Below, in pieces: positions 44,865 through 54,440 of a stretch of 64,000 bases of DNA. The stretch is from Candidatus Pyrohabitans jungbluthii (GTDB lineage: Archaea; Hydrothermarchaeota; Hydrothermarchaeia; Hydrothermarchaeales; BMS3B), in contig MTMD02000005.1 in NCBI GenBank assembly GCA_002010065.2, positions 1-64,000 on the forward strand, written 5' to 3'. How positions within the stretch are numbered: position 1 is the stretch's first letter; every line of letters starts with the position of its first letter. The position numbers and the translations under genes are program-made. The notes below the pieces were generated by a model that searched no databases, was not told where the DNA came from, and saw only the letters and a program-made list of their open reading frames with translations.

Positions 44865-45276
44865 GGCATTCGAAAACCACGCTGGCGCGAACCTCGTTTA
44901 TGCCTGAGATTCTCGAAATCCTCTTTTCCACTATCTCCTTCAGCTTTGCGATGCTCTCGGTGCGTATCTTTGCAACTATGTCGTACTCCCCCAGAGTGGT
45001 GTAAACCTCGGTGACGTCTTCCACATCTGCAATCTCCCTTGCTATCGCAGCGCTGTCCGAGATGCTGCATCTTATGTTGAGTATACAGGTTATTGGCTTG
45101 CCCATAGCCTCTTGGCTAATAAGCACTGTGAAAGCCTTAATTGTGCCTTTTTCCAGCTTTTTTATGCGTTTGTGCACAGCCACGTCGGAAATTTTGGTTT
45201 TCTTGGCTATCTCTTTATAAGAGGTGCGGGAGTTCTTCATCAGCATCTCCAGGATTTTCCTATCCACATCATCCAT
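44836..45276 (-). CDS. Lrp/AsnC family transcriptional regulator
   Basis: DDVDRKIL..NSR..V.KRIKKLE, GEYD. Confidence 0.9.
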   Translation of the reverse strand: MDDVDRKILEMLMKNSRTSYKEIAKKTKISDVAVHKRIKKLEKGTIKAFTVLISQEAMGKPITCILNIRCSISDSAAIAREIADVEDVTEVYTTLGEYDIVAKIRTESIAKLKEIVEKRISRISGINEVRASVVFECLKENVSLVI

Positions 45277-45468
45277 CGCTAACACCAGTTTGCGATTCTA
45301 ACCTCATAGTCTAAGGGGTGAGCGTTTATAGCTATTGAGTTAGTACATATAAATATCTTTTGCTGTATGGTTAAGAAAACTCTTTCGAAACATTTATATG
45401 CGTTGTAAACCACGTATCTATTAATCTTAAAACCTCTGATAATTAGAAATCCAAATGTGGGGTTGAGC

Positions 45469-47511
45469 ATGGGCGTGACAGGTACCCGGATTCGTGTTGT
45501 CAAAGCTTCAGGTGAGATGGAGGCATTTGACCCTAACATGGTTACCAACGACTGTGTAGACGCCGGGATAGATTTCTGGACCGCTGTGGAAGTGGCCCAG
45601 GAGGTTGCCAAGCGAATAAGGGATGGGGTCTCTACCAGAGAGATTCAGCAGGAGACGCTCCGGGTGCTCTATGCAATGAATCCAGAAGCTGCGGAGCGCT
45701 ACAAGCGCTACCACAGCATGTATGTTCGTACATCTCGCAATACCATCGAAGCCTTCGACAGGAAGAAAATTGTGGAGTCACTCATCCGCGAGACCTCCCT
45801 GCCCAGAGAAATAGCTGAGAACATAGCGAAGGAGGCTGAGGCGGAGCTGCGCAGGCTTAAGCTGGAGTTTATCTCCGCCCCGTTGATACGCGAGGTGGTG
45901 AATGTAAAGCTCCTTGAGCATGGTTTCGAGGAGGCACGAGCTAGCTATACCCGCCTTGGAATGCCTGTCTACGACGCCTCTCGCTTAGTTGAGGGCGAGG
46001 CGAAGAGTGCAGAGGCGGTGCACCGCGCCATGGCTGCCAACGTGCTTAAGGAGTTTGCACTTCTGAAGGTTCTTCCTCTAACCCTTGCGGACGCTCATAT
46101 GAAGGGTGACCTTCACATCCACGCCCTTGAGGCTTTCGCAACGAAAGCGAGCGCCTTTGCCCATGACCTCCGCCCCTACCTCATCGCTGGCATTAAGGGC
46201 GGGAGCAGCGCAACCCCGCCAGCGGAGCATGCGGTAGAGGCGGTGCTCACCGCAATAAACGCGCTCCGCCATGGAGAGGGGAGCTTTTCAACCTCGCAGT
46301 GCCTGGACTACATAAACGTGTGGCTTGCTCCTTATATAAGCGGAATGGGCAGCGCAGAAATAGCGCGAGTCGCCAGAATGTTGATTTACGAGGTTTCACA
46401 GCTTAGCAATGGGGAGCACGCCTACGAGCTGGGCGTTGAATACGGCATACCCGAGTTTCTTGCCTCTGAGCCAGCGACGCTTCCTGGTGGTGACGTGGGC
46501 GACGCTGTCTATGCAGACTTTGAGGAGGAAGCACGCGCCCTTGCTCTTGCCATTGCAGAAGCCTTCGCATCGGGAGACCACTTAGCCAAGCCCTTCCTCT
46601 GTCCCAAGGTGTACTTCAGGCTGCGTAAAGAGTATGAGGAAAAAGAAGGCTACGACGCATACCTGCGCGCTGCCCACCTAGCAGCTTCGAGGGGAGCGAG
46701 TCATTGCTTTGCGGCTCCTCACGAAGGAGAGCTTCAGATCGCAAACTACACATTTCCAGGCGAGGAGGTGCTGCACCAGCTGAGCGCAGGCATGCTCCAG
46801 GTGGTCACCCTCAATCTCCCCAGAATAGCCTACCAGAGCGAAGGCAGAGAGAGAAAGCTTTTTGAGCTTCTTGAAGAGAGGGTAAAGCTTGCCATAGATG
46901 CGCTTCTTTTAAAGAAGGAGGTTATAGACCGCCGCGTTATGGCTGGGATGCTGCCCATGCTCTCTGAGAATTATGCTACGGCGAGGCTTCTTCTCGGCGT
47001 GGGCTACGTTGGGCTGAATGAGATGCTCACCGCTTACCTTGACAAAGAGCTTCACGATGGCGAGGCGGCAAAGCTCGGGGAGCGCGTGGTGAGGTATATG
47101 CACGCCCTTGTGGAGCAGTTCAGCCGAGATACAGGGCTAAGCTTTGTGCTCACACAAGCAATAGACGAGAACCCGGCAATGAGGCTGGCGAAGCTCGACC
47201 ATGGCATGTTTGCGGACAGGCTTATAGCAAGAGGTGATAGGCAGGAGGGGAGCGTTTACTATACCCATGCTTCCTGGGTAAGAGCAGATGCTGAGCTTCC
47301 TATCCACCAGCGGCTGAGTATAGAGGGCGAGTTTCATCCTCTCTGCAAAGGTGGTGCAGTTTCCCGAATACTAATAAGCGAAGCTTTGCCAGAGGTGACA
47401 GCGCTGATGGAGCTTTCGCGGAAAGTAGCGGAGCACACCAAGCTGCGCTTCTGGAGCTATTCCCATGAGGGCGACACGGGCGCAGGTTGCGGCTCTGCCG
47501 CAGGGAGGTGA
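45469..47511 (+). CDS. nrdD: Class III ribonucleotide reductase-like protein with two ATP cones and no recognisable glycyl-radical domain
   Basis: ATP cones, AH.KGDLHIH, TLNLPRIA, GYVGLNE, YYT; ends without Zn ribbon or RxxGY. Confidence 0.75.
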   Translation: MGVTGTRIRVVKASGEMEAFDPNMVTNDCVDAGIDFWTAVEVAQEVAKRIRDGVSTREIQQETLRVLYAMNPEAAERYKRYHSMYVRTSRNTIEAFDRKKIVESLIRETSLPREIAENIAKEAEAELRRLKLEFISAPLIREVVNVKLLEHGFEEARASYTRLGMPVYDASRLVEGEAKSAEAVHRAMAANVLKEFALLKVLPLTLADAHMKGDLHIHALEAFATKASAFAHDLRPYLIAGIKGGSSATPPAEHAVEAVLTAINALRHGEGSFSTSQCLDYINVWLAPYISGMGSAEIARVARMLIYEVSQLSNGEHAYELGVEYGIPEFLASEPATLPGGDVGDAVYADFEEEARALALAIAEAFASGDHLAKPFLCPKVYFRLRKEYEEKEGYDAYLRAAHLAASRGASHCFAAPHEGELQIANYTFPGEEVLHQLSAGMLQVVTLNLPRIAYQSEGRERKLFELLEERVKLAIDALLLKKEVIDRRVMAGMLPMLSENYATARLLLGVGYVGLNEMLTAYLDKELHDGEAAKLGERVVRYMHALVEQFSRDTGLSFVLTQAIDENPAMRLAKLDHGMFADRLIARGDRQEGSVYYTHASWVRADAELPIHQRLSIEGEFHPLCKGGAVSRILISEALPEVTALMELSRKVAEHTKLRFWSYSHEGDTGAGCGSAAGR

Positions 47512-47518
47512 GGGTGAG

Positions 47519-48202
47519 ATGGAACTGGTGTTCTCACACATAGAGCACCTTTCAACCACCGCCTATCCCGGCAAGCCCTGCACAGTTGTGCACACTCATG
47601 GATGCCCCCTGGGGTGCTTCTACTGCGCAGCAGAGGATGCTAATGCTAAGAAGACGGAGACGCAGAAGCTTGTGAAGCTTTTCGAGGAGGGGAAAGAGCT
47701 GATAGATGCTGTAGCTATTGCGGGATGCGAACCTCTTATGCAGTCAGCCTCTTTAGAGCTTGCAGCGCAGCTTAAGGAGAGGGGGTTTGATATAAAGCTC
47801 CACACCACGGGCTACTATCCAAGTGCACTGGAGAGTGTGGTTGAAGAAAGGCTTGCGGATGTCGTGGAGATGGACATAAAGGCGCCTCTGGATACTGAAA
47901 AGTATGCGATGGTAACCGGGAGAGGCGACGCGGTTGACAGGATTTTTCAGTCCCTTGATGTGCTCTCTTCCTCGCAGGTGCGCTGCCAGGTTACAACAAC
48001 TCTCGCACCCCCTGTATTCTCCCACGAGGATCTCCCTGAACTTGTTCATGTCCTCTCCTGCTATGGCTTCAAAAAGCTGAGAGTGAAAAACTACCCTGGC
48101 GAAGGAGTGGTAGAACCATGGCTTCTGCATTCGCATGGGGAAGCGCTTCTCAGCAGAGGCGTGGCAGAATGCTTCGCCGGGAGGTGGTCGGATAGTAATT
48201 GA
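47519..48202 (+). CDS. nrdG: NrdG-like radical SAM activase
   Basis: YPGK..HGCPLGCFYC, EP, KLHTTG, MDIKAP. Confidence 0.8.
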   Translation: MELVFSHIEHLSTTAYPGKPCTVVHTHGCPLGCFYCAAEDANAKKTETQKLVKLFEEGKELIDAVAIAGCEPLMQSASLELAAQLKERGFDIKLHTTGYYPSALESVVEERLADVVEMDIKAPLDTEKYAMVTGRGDAVDRIFQSLDVLSSSQVRCQVTTTLAPPVFSHEDLPELVHVLSCYGFKKLRVKNYPGEGVVEPWLLHSHGEALLSRGVAECFAGRWSDSN

Positions 48203-48518
48203 CATTCTCCTCGATGTCAACATCCCGAAGCGGGTGAAAAAGCTCAACCACGGTACGCGGGTGTTGCACATCGGCGATGTAGATACCCACATGAGCGACG
48301 AGGAAATCCTCCACCTATTAGCCAAGCTGCGCTGCATAATTGTCACCCATGACCGCGAGTTAGCTATGCGAGCGGCGAAGAAGCACCACGTTCTTTTTAT
48401 CAAAAATTCCCTCCCGGCGGAAAATATAGTGCGCTGCCTTGAGAAGCACCGCAGGCTTTTGCGCAGGGCGAGCATCTTTTGCGAGGGGCGCGAGGATTGC
48501 GATTCGTGCCCGTCTTAA
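48135..48518 (+). CDS. PIN-like DUF5615/Mut7-C protein (true start probably near 48190)
   Basis: LLDVNIP, SDEEIL, IVTHDREL. Confidence 0.7.
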   Translation: MGKRFSAEAWQNASPGGGRIVIDILLDVNIPKRVKKLNHGTRVLHIGDVDTHMSDEEILHLLAKLRCIIVTHDRELAMRAAKKHHVLFIKNSLPAENIVRCLEKHRRLLRRASIFCEGREDCDSCPS

Positions 48519-48532
48519 AACAATATGTTTCG

Positions 48533-48622
48533 ATTGCAGAGACGCTGCTGAAATATGGTTGTGATGCCAATAGTTACAAGAAATGAGAAACACTTCAGGT
48601 GGATAGAGGAGATCACAGGTTA
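48533..48622 (+). pseudogene. Frameshifted VapC C-terminal remnant
   Basis: IAETLLKYGCDA / IVTRNEKHFRWIEEI in adjacent frames. Confidence 0.55.
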
Positions 48623-49144
48623 TCCAAAAAACCTCTCCTCATACCTCGCCTTCGCCCTTTCAAGCTCTGCAAGTGCCTCTTCCCGGGGCTGCCAGTCCTC
48701 CACCACTATTTCTCTACCCTCCAGCTCCCGGTAGCGGGCGAAGAAGTGCTCCACCTCGCGCAGAAGGTGCGGAGGCACGTCTTCAAGCTCCGCCATGTGC
48801 TGAAGCTGCGGATCCCTAGCCGCCACCCCGAGAAGCTTGGGGTCTCGCCTTCGCTGCGCCTTTACCTCGAGCATTCCCAGAACCCGAGCCTCCACCACTA
48901 TCCCAGGATAAAGCGCCTCTTGGCACAGCACCAGGATATCTAAAGGTGAGGAGTCCTCGCACCAGGTGCGAGGGATGAAGCCGTAGTTCGCTGGCGAAGC
49001 GAAAGAAGTGAAGCTCACCCGGGATAGCTTTATAACCCCAAGCTCAAAATCGTACTCGTACTTCGCCTTTGTGCCGCGGGGCACCTCTATCACAGCGAGC
49101 ACATCGCCATGCTTTGGCTGCGCTTTAAGATGGAGCAGGTTCAT
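48620..49144 (-). CDS. ppa: Family I inorganic pyrophosphatase-like protein with divergent active site
   Basis: IEVP.G..KYE, NYGFIP.T, PLD, DPKL, HFFARY. Confidence 0.8.
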   Translation of the reverse strand: MNLLHLKAQPKHGDVLAVIEVPRGTKAKYEYDFELGVIKLSRVSFTSFASPANYGFIPRTWCEDSSPLDILVLCQEALYPGIVVEARVLGMLEVKAQRRRDPKLLGVAARDPQLQHMAELEDVPPHLLREVEHFFARYRELEGREIVVEDWQPREEALAELERAKARYEERFFG

Positions 49145-49176
49145 TGAATTAGGTAGGTAGCTTTGGTAATATAAAT

Positions 49177-50268
49177 CTACTTCGCCACCCCTGTCTTCTC
49201 TAGGCATATCTCAAAGTCCTTCTTGCTTGGGTTCTGATCCTCTAAGATGGTGTAGCGTGAGGGTCTTATGTTCTTCGCGTACATCAGCGCTTCCAGCATC
49301 TGCTTCTTTGTGAGACCTATCTCCCTAGCGGTAGTGGGGGCAAGGATCTTCTCTAGGGAGTACTTCAGAAGCTCCCAGTCACCCTCGCCATAGTAGTGCT
49401 GATGCATGTACTCCATAATTATCGTGCCTATCCCCACCTGCTCCCCGTGGGTGCCCCTCCCGTAACCCAAGTAATCTAATGCGTGGCTGAACTTGTGGGC
49501 AGAGCCGGAGACCGGGCGAGAGGTGCCATACATGTTTATGGCGAGCCCGCCGAGGATAAGCCCCCTCACCAGAAGCTTGAGATACTTGGCGTCCCTGAAG
49601 TCCAGCTCATCTGCGCTCTTAAGCAGAAGCATCGCAGGCATGGAGGAGATACTCGCCACTATTTCGTCGTAGTCCTCGTCTATCTTCTCCACCCCGAGAA
49701 GCCAGTCCTTCACCTCCACCAAATTGGAGATCAAATCCCCATAGCCTGAGCGGAGGAGTCTGACAGGGCTGTTCCTGATAATCTCCAGGTCGGCGATAAT
49801 GGACACAGGAGAGGCGGCTTTGATTGAGATTGGCATCCCTTTCTCCTTGAAGCTCGCCAGGGGTGAAGCTATGCCGTCATGGGCGGCGTTGGTGGGAATA
49901 CTTATAAGCAGAGCGTTTGAGTGGAAGGCCACCACCTTCGCTACGTCAAGCACCTTGCCTCCGCCCACCCCTAATACGGCGTCATACTCGCCAAGGTCGC
50001 CTCTAATCTCCTGCTCAATTTTTTTCGCAGTTACCCTTGAGGCGGTTTTAACAATAAATTTCTTGGATTTACACTCGTCGCTGGTGCAGATAAGCTCCTC
50101 CACCTTCTTACCAGCGATTTCATTTGTCCTGGGTCCAGTTACAATTACCACATTTCTCAAATCATACCTGCCAACCAGCTTTGAAACATGGTTTAAGGCT
50201 TCTCTGTGTATCCTTACATCCACGGGCAGGAGTATCTGCTTGAAGTGTTTCAATATCATGGCCATCAC
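49177..50268 (-). CDS. egsA: sn-glycerol-1-phosphate dehydrogenase
   Basis: GGGKVLDVAK, PTNAAHDGIASP, SGSAHKFSHALD, HGEQV. Confidence 0.9.
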   Translation of the reverse strand: MMAMILKHFKQILLPVDVRIHREALNHVSKLVGRYDLRNVVIVTGPRTNEIAGKKVEELICTSDECKSKKFIVKTASRVTAKKIEQEIRGDLGEYDAVLGVGGGKVLDVAKVVAFHSNALLISIPTNAAHDGIASPLASFKEKGMPISIKAASPVSIIADLEIIRNSPVRLLRSGYGDLISNLVEVKDWLLGVEKIDEDYDEIVASISSMPAMLLLKSADELDFRDAKYLKLLVRGLILGGLAINMYGTSRPVSGSAHKFSHALDYLGYGRGTHGEQVGIGTIIMEYMHQHYYGEGDWELLKYSLEKILAPTTAREIGLTKKQMLEALMYAKNIRPSRYTILEDQNPSKKDFEICLEKTGVAK

Positions 50269-50831
50269 ATCTGTCTCATTGAATAAATCATCCTGTGGAA
50301 AGCTGTAAGGAATCCGAGGGCAGCGAGGAAGACCAGGAGGTAGTACACCTCACCTATAAGCAAACCTATTATTATGGCCAGGATTCTGAAGTCCCTCGTG
50401 GCTATTCCAACTTTACATTCCGCGCCAACTGCTTCGGCCATTATCCTGGTCACGCTAACCAGGAAGGTACCCACAATCGCTAGGCTTCCAGCCAGCCAGT
50501 ACTCCGCGGGGTTAAAGGCGATCAGAGCGATTATTAAAGCTGCGTCTACAAATCTGTCCAGCACCCTGTCAAGGTAAGCTCCCTTCTTTGTTACCCTGCT
50601 GGAGAGCCTCGCCAGGTCGCCGTCGGTGCAGTCCAGAATCTGAGATACCAGAAGCACCACCACGCCTGCGATTATGCTCTGAGTGGCTATAAGGTAGGCG
50701 GCGTAGAATCCCAGGAGTGTTGCTATAATAGTTACCATGTTCGGTGTCAGTGGCGTTCGCATCAGCAGCTTTGCAATGGGTATAGAAAATCGCCTGTAAA
50801 TGTAGTGAGTAAGTGGATATTTCAACTCCAT
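50265..50831 (-). CDS. CDP-alcohol phosphotransferase
   Basis: TPNMVT, DCTDGDLAR..GAYLDRVLD. Confidence 0.92.
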   Translation of the reverse strand: MELKYPLTHYIYRRFSIPIAKLLMRTPLTPNMVTIIATLLGFYAAYLIATQSIIAGVVVLLVSQILDCTDGDLARLSSRVTKKGAYLDRVLDRFVDAALIIALIAFNPAEYWLAGSLAIVGTFLVSVTRIMAEAVGAECKVGIATRDFRILAIIIGLLIGEVYYLLVFLAALGFLTAFHRMIYSMRQM

Positions 50832-50999
50832 TTTAAACGACCTGATAATCCCTTTTTAAGTATTTTTTATTGTAACTCAGCCTTACTGCATAAATTCCCA
50901 CCAAAGGCTGATTAAGCAAATCCCACCTCTCTTTTGATAGAATTTTAATCACAAGAAATATTATTGTAGTTCAATATTGTCATTTAGAGGGGTAAAACG

Positions 51000-51752
51000 A
51001 TGAAGGCGGTTATCCTTGCAGCGGGCATGGGTAGCAGGCTTGGTGAGTTTACCAGAGATAAACCAAAGACTCTGCTGCTGGTGAGAGGCAAGCCGCTGAT
51101 ATTCCACATCTTGGGGAGCCTCTCCACTAATGGGATAGAAGAAGTGATAATAATAACTGGCTACGAAGATGAAAAGATTAGAGAGGAGGTGAGAGACGGC
51201 TCTGCGTGGGGACTAAAGGTAAGATACGTTAACAACCCCCGCTATGATTCAACAAACAATATCTACAGCCTTCGCCTGGCGGAGAAGGAGGTGGCATCAC
51301 AGGGATTTTTGATTGTGAATTCGGACGTCTTCTTTCATCCCGAGATTTTAAGGAGGCTTCTTGAGGCTAAAAATAGTGGGATTACCCTTATGGTGGATGT
51401 TGAAAAGAGTCTGGGGGAAGAGGAGATGAAGGTAGTAGCCCGGGAGGAGCGTATTACAGATATCGGGAAGGGGCTACTCCCCAGAGATGCGGATGGGGAA
51501 TATATAGGTCTTGCGCGTATTGATTCTGAGTTTACCTCCATATTTTTTGATGCTATTAAGGAAGTGCTACGCGACCAGGGGGCAGGGGTTTTCTACGAGG
51601 AGGCTTTTAAAAGACTTATAGAGAAGGGTTTCCCAATAAAATACAGCACGACCGGTGGGTATCCATGGATAGAGATTGACACCCCACAGGACCTGAGAAC
51701 TGCCGAGGCTGACATAGCACCAGAGATAGAAAAGGGGCGTGTTGACCTATAA
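51000..51752 (+). CDS. Sugar/polyol-phosphate cytidylyltransferase (IPCT/LicC-like)
   Basis: ILAAGMGSRL, PK, NN.YSL, EEEMKV, WIEIDT..DL. Confidence 0.85.
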   Translation: MKAVILAAGMGSRLGEFTRDKPKTLLLVRGKPLIFHILGSLSTNGIEEVIIITGYEDEKIREEVRDGSAWGLKVRYVNNPRYDSTNNIYSLRLAEKEVASQGFLIVNSDVFFHPEILRRLLEAKNSGITLMVDVEKSLGEEEMKVVAREERITDIGKGLLPRDADGEYIGLARIDSEFTSIFFDAIKEVLRDQGAGVFYEEAFKRLIEKGFPIKYSTTGGYPWIEIDTPQDLRTAEADIAPEIEKGRVDL

Positions 51753-51827
51753 GATTCCTATAAGGGCTAAATCTTCGAGATACGCCCTTTCAAAGCTTTT
51801 ATTATATGGACAATCAACACGATTTAC

Positions 51828-52000
51828 ATGCTGAGGAGATTTTTCATTCTTCTGCTTCTAGTAGGTGCTGTGCATGCCCAAGAAGTGCGCTTCTCTGGGT
51901 GGAGTATCATCACGAAGTTTGCGCTTAGCTTCTATAACCCTGTAAGGGGGTGAGTTCTCTCCATAGGCGGCGATAGTTATGTGGTAGCGAGGAGTAAAAG
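51828..52000 (+). pseudogene. Internally deleted remnant of a paralog of the downstream CGP-CTERM gene
   Basis: Signal peptide MLRRFFILLLLVGAVHA, FALSFYNP vs FVLSFYDP downstream, in-frame TGA at 51951. Confidence 0.5.
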
Positions 52001-52112
52001 CTCTATACGGCCCCACATTGTGATTTTAATCTCATTAGCAGCTGTGCATCTTCGGGATAAACAGGTAAATTTAATACTTAATAACTCCAAGTTTTACTAT
52101 AGGTGGATGTTT

Positions 52113-53255
52113 ATGAGAAGAGAGATATTGGCGTTTATTCTGGTCCTTTTACCTTTTAATGCTGCAGCAGAGGAATCTCTTCTGAAGTTCTATTCCTGGG
52201 ACCCTGCTACAAAGACGCCTCGCATTTTAGAGGGGGAGGAGATAGACATTTCAGGCGAACAGGGCACCTACTACTTTATCAACCCTCCTCTTAGGGTGGA
52301 TGCAAACAGGGACGGCGATACCCTGGATGAAGAAGATTATGTGCTCTACAATGCGCTGTACATTATCAACTCCTCATACGCTGAGTTTGTGCTTAGCTTC
52401 TACGATCCCAGCGAGGCAGAGACAATAAATGTAAGGGGAAAAGAGTATCTGCTCATATACTCAAACCCATACCAGCAGCAGTTCCGCTATGCAGAGAGGT
52501 ACCATTACCTCACTCTGCCCCGGAAGGGAAGTATCCTCTCTAGGGAGGCTACACCATTCCCACAGGACGCCAACCTTAAGGTCGAGTATGTTAACCCCAC
52601 CGTCAGCCTGGGCAATGTGATTGGAACTCTCGCTTTCTTTGTAGGCAATAATTACCATTCCTCTGTCAGCATCTTTGAGGGAAGGTTCCCCAAGGATATA
52701 ACTTCGGAGCTTAAAGACCCATTTAAGAAGTACAAGATATATGTGGTTGAGGCAGATTCTACGCACGCGAAGCTTGTCATAGTGAAAAGGGGCGAGGAAA
52801 ACGCTGTCTGGGTGAAGAATGGTGATACAGATGTGCTGGGCTACAGCAGGGTGGCGGCCTTCACCCTGAAATATGGGGGCAGAGGTGAGGGGGGACCATC
52901 ACTGGGCAATGACGCCAAATACTTTATCCACTTTCGCGGCGAAGCTTTCAAGCTCACTCAGGGTTGCGTGGATATAGAGGGCACCTTATACGAGCTTTGC
53001 TACGATGGTGTGAGGAAGCTAAGCATAAGGCTCAGAGAGGAGTTTGCAGTGCCACCAGAGCCTAAGCCCGAGGAGACACAGGCTCCAATAACAACGTCTC
53101 CACTAGAGACTACTCCAGCGCCCACCCAGCCACCAGCTACAGAAAAACCAGAAGAAGAAAAGAAAGGTGTGTGTGGACCTACTCTGCTTGCGCTGCTCGC
53201 CCTAATTCCCCTGCTCAGGCGCCCCTCATTCGCCTCTTGTACTCCTCCAGCTTAG
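52113..53255 (+). CDS. Secreted surface protein with CGP-CTERM sorting signal
   Basis: Signal peptide, Pro/Thr linker, KKGVCGP plus hydrophobic stretch plus RR. Confidence 0.85.
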   Translation: MRREILAFILVLLPFNAAAEESLLKFYSWDPATKTPRILEGEEIDISGEQGTYYFINPPLRVDANRDGDTLDEEDYVLYNALYIINSSYAEFVLSFYDPSEAETINVRGKEYLLIYSNPYQQQFRYAERYHYLTLPRKGSILSREATPFPQDANLKVEYVNPTVSLGNVIGTLAFFVGNNYHSSVSIFEGRFPKDITSELKDPFKKYKIYVVEADSTHAKLVIVKRGEENAVWVKNGDTDVLGYSRVAAFTLKYGGRGEGGPSLGNDAKYFIHFRGEAFKLTQGCVDIEGTLYELCYDGVRKLSIRLREEFAVPPEPKPEETQAPITTSPLETTPAPTQPPATEKPEEEKKGVCGPTLLALLALIPLLRRPSFASCTPPA

Positions 53256-53655
53256 CTCTGAGTTCTGAATCCTTGAGGGCAAGAATCTCAATAGCTAAGA
53301 GTGCCGCATTTTTAGCGTTGTCTATGCCCACAGTAGCAACCGGCACGCCAGGTGGTAGCTGGGCAATTGCAAGCAGCGCATCTAAGCCGAGAAGCTTCAC
53401 CTCCCGTGGTACGCCTATCACAGGCTTTATTGTGTGGCTTGCTATTACTCCGGGTAGCGCGGCGCTTAAGCCAGCGATGGCGATGAAAACCTCGCAGTCA
53501 TCTCGTTCTGCAATCGCCTTAACCTTTTCCGGCGTGCGATGAGCGCTTGCTACGTGCACTTCGCAAGCAACGCCGAACTCCTTTAAGACAGCCTCAGCCT
53601 TCTCCGCGAGTTCGCGGTCAGACTCGCTTCCTATAACCACAATCACCTTGCTCAT
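53215..53655 (-). CDS. purE: N5-CAIR mutase
   Basis: GSESD, SAHRTP, AALPG, PVIGVP, P.GVPVATV. Confidence 0.95.
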   Translation of the reverse strand: MSKVIVVIGSESDRELAEKAEAVLKEFGVACEVHVASAHRTPEKVKAIAERDDCEVFIAIAGLSAALPGVIASHTIKPVIGVPREVKLLGLDALLAIAQLPPGVPVATVGIDNAKNAALLAIEILALKDSELRAKLEEYKRRMRGA

Positions 53656-53664
53656 CTCATCACC

Positions 53665-54369
53665 TCAATAAACCTCTAAGCACGAGCCATAGTCAAGCTT
53701 TACCTCACCTTTGCACAGCGCCACTATTGCAGAGGCAACCTCCTCTGGAGAGCGCAGCTTTGAGAAGTCGTCCTCAGGGTAGAGGGAGCGGTACATCGCT
53801 GTATCCGTACCTCCTGGACAGACGGCATAAACTTTAACTTTTGGTGAGACCTCGTACGCGAGGGCTTCGGTTAAGCCAAGTACGGCGAACTTGCTGGCGC
53901 AGTAGGCGCTGAGCTCAGGGAAGCCCATCTTTCCCATGCCGGAGGAGACGTTTACTATGATGCCGCCCCTCTCCAGCATGCCGCTGCGCAGCGCTTCGCG
54001 GCAGCACAGGAATACGCCCTTTACATTCGTCGCCATTATGTTATCAAACTCCTTCTCATCTGTATCTATTAGTCGCTTTCGTATCGCCACGCCGGCGTTG
54101 TTTATCAGTATCTCTACCCTGCCAAGCTCACTGGCGGCTGCGAACATAGCTTTAACCTGAGCAACGCTGCGAACGTCAGTGGGTACCGTCAGCGCCTCGC
54201 CGCCTTCGTGGGAGATTTCATCTGCCACGCGCTCAAGCTCGCTTCTCGTGCGCGAGGCAAGCACCACCTTGACGCCTTCCTGTGCGAGGAGCTTGGCTGT
54301 GGCAGCGCCTATCCCACGTCCTGCACCTGTGACCACTGCAACCTTTCCCTTGAGCTGCATCTTTCCCAT
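53665..54369 (-). CDS. SDR-family oxidoreductase
   Basis: TGAGRGIG, NNAG, YCASK. Confidence 0.92.
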   Translation of the reverse strand: MGKMQLKGKVAVVTGAGRGIGAATAKLLAQEGVKVVLASRTRSELERVADEISHEGGEALTVPTDVRSVAQVKAMFAAASELGRVEILINNAGVAIRKRLIDTDEKEFDNIMATNVKGVFLCCREALRSGMLERGGIIVNVSSGMGKMGFPELSAYCASKFAVLGLTEALAYEVSPKVKVYAVCPGGTDTAMYRSLYPEDDFSKLRSPEEVASAIVALCKGEVKLDYGSCLEVY

Positions 54370-54440
54370 GTTCCTTTGCAGGCCGATTTAAATAAAGGTT
54401 GTGGAAATACTTATTTATCCTCATAAGCAGAGGCAGAGGC

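Noticed and set aside
51951-51953. In-frame TGA as selenocysteine or readthrough
   Set aside because: Not in a redox-motif context, no SECIS-like element seen, and the downstream gene has its own signal peptide; decay is the simpler explanation.
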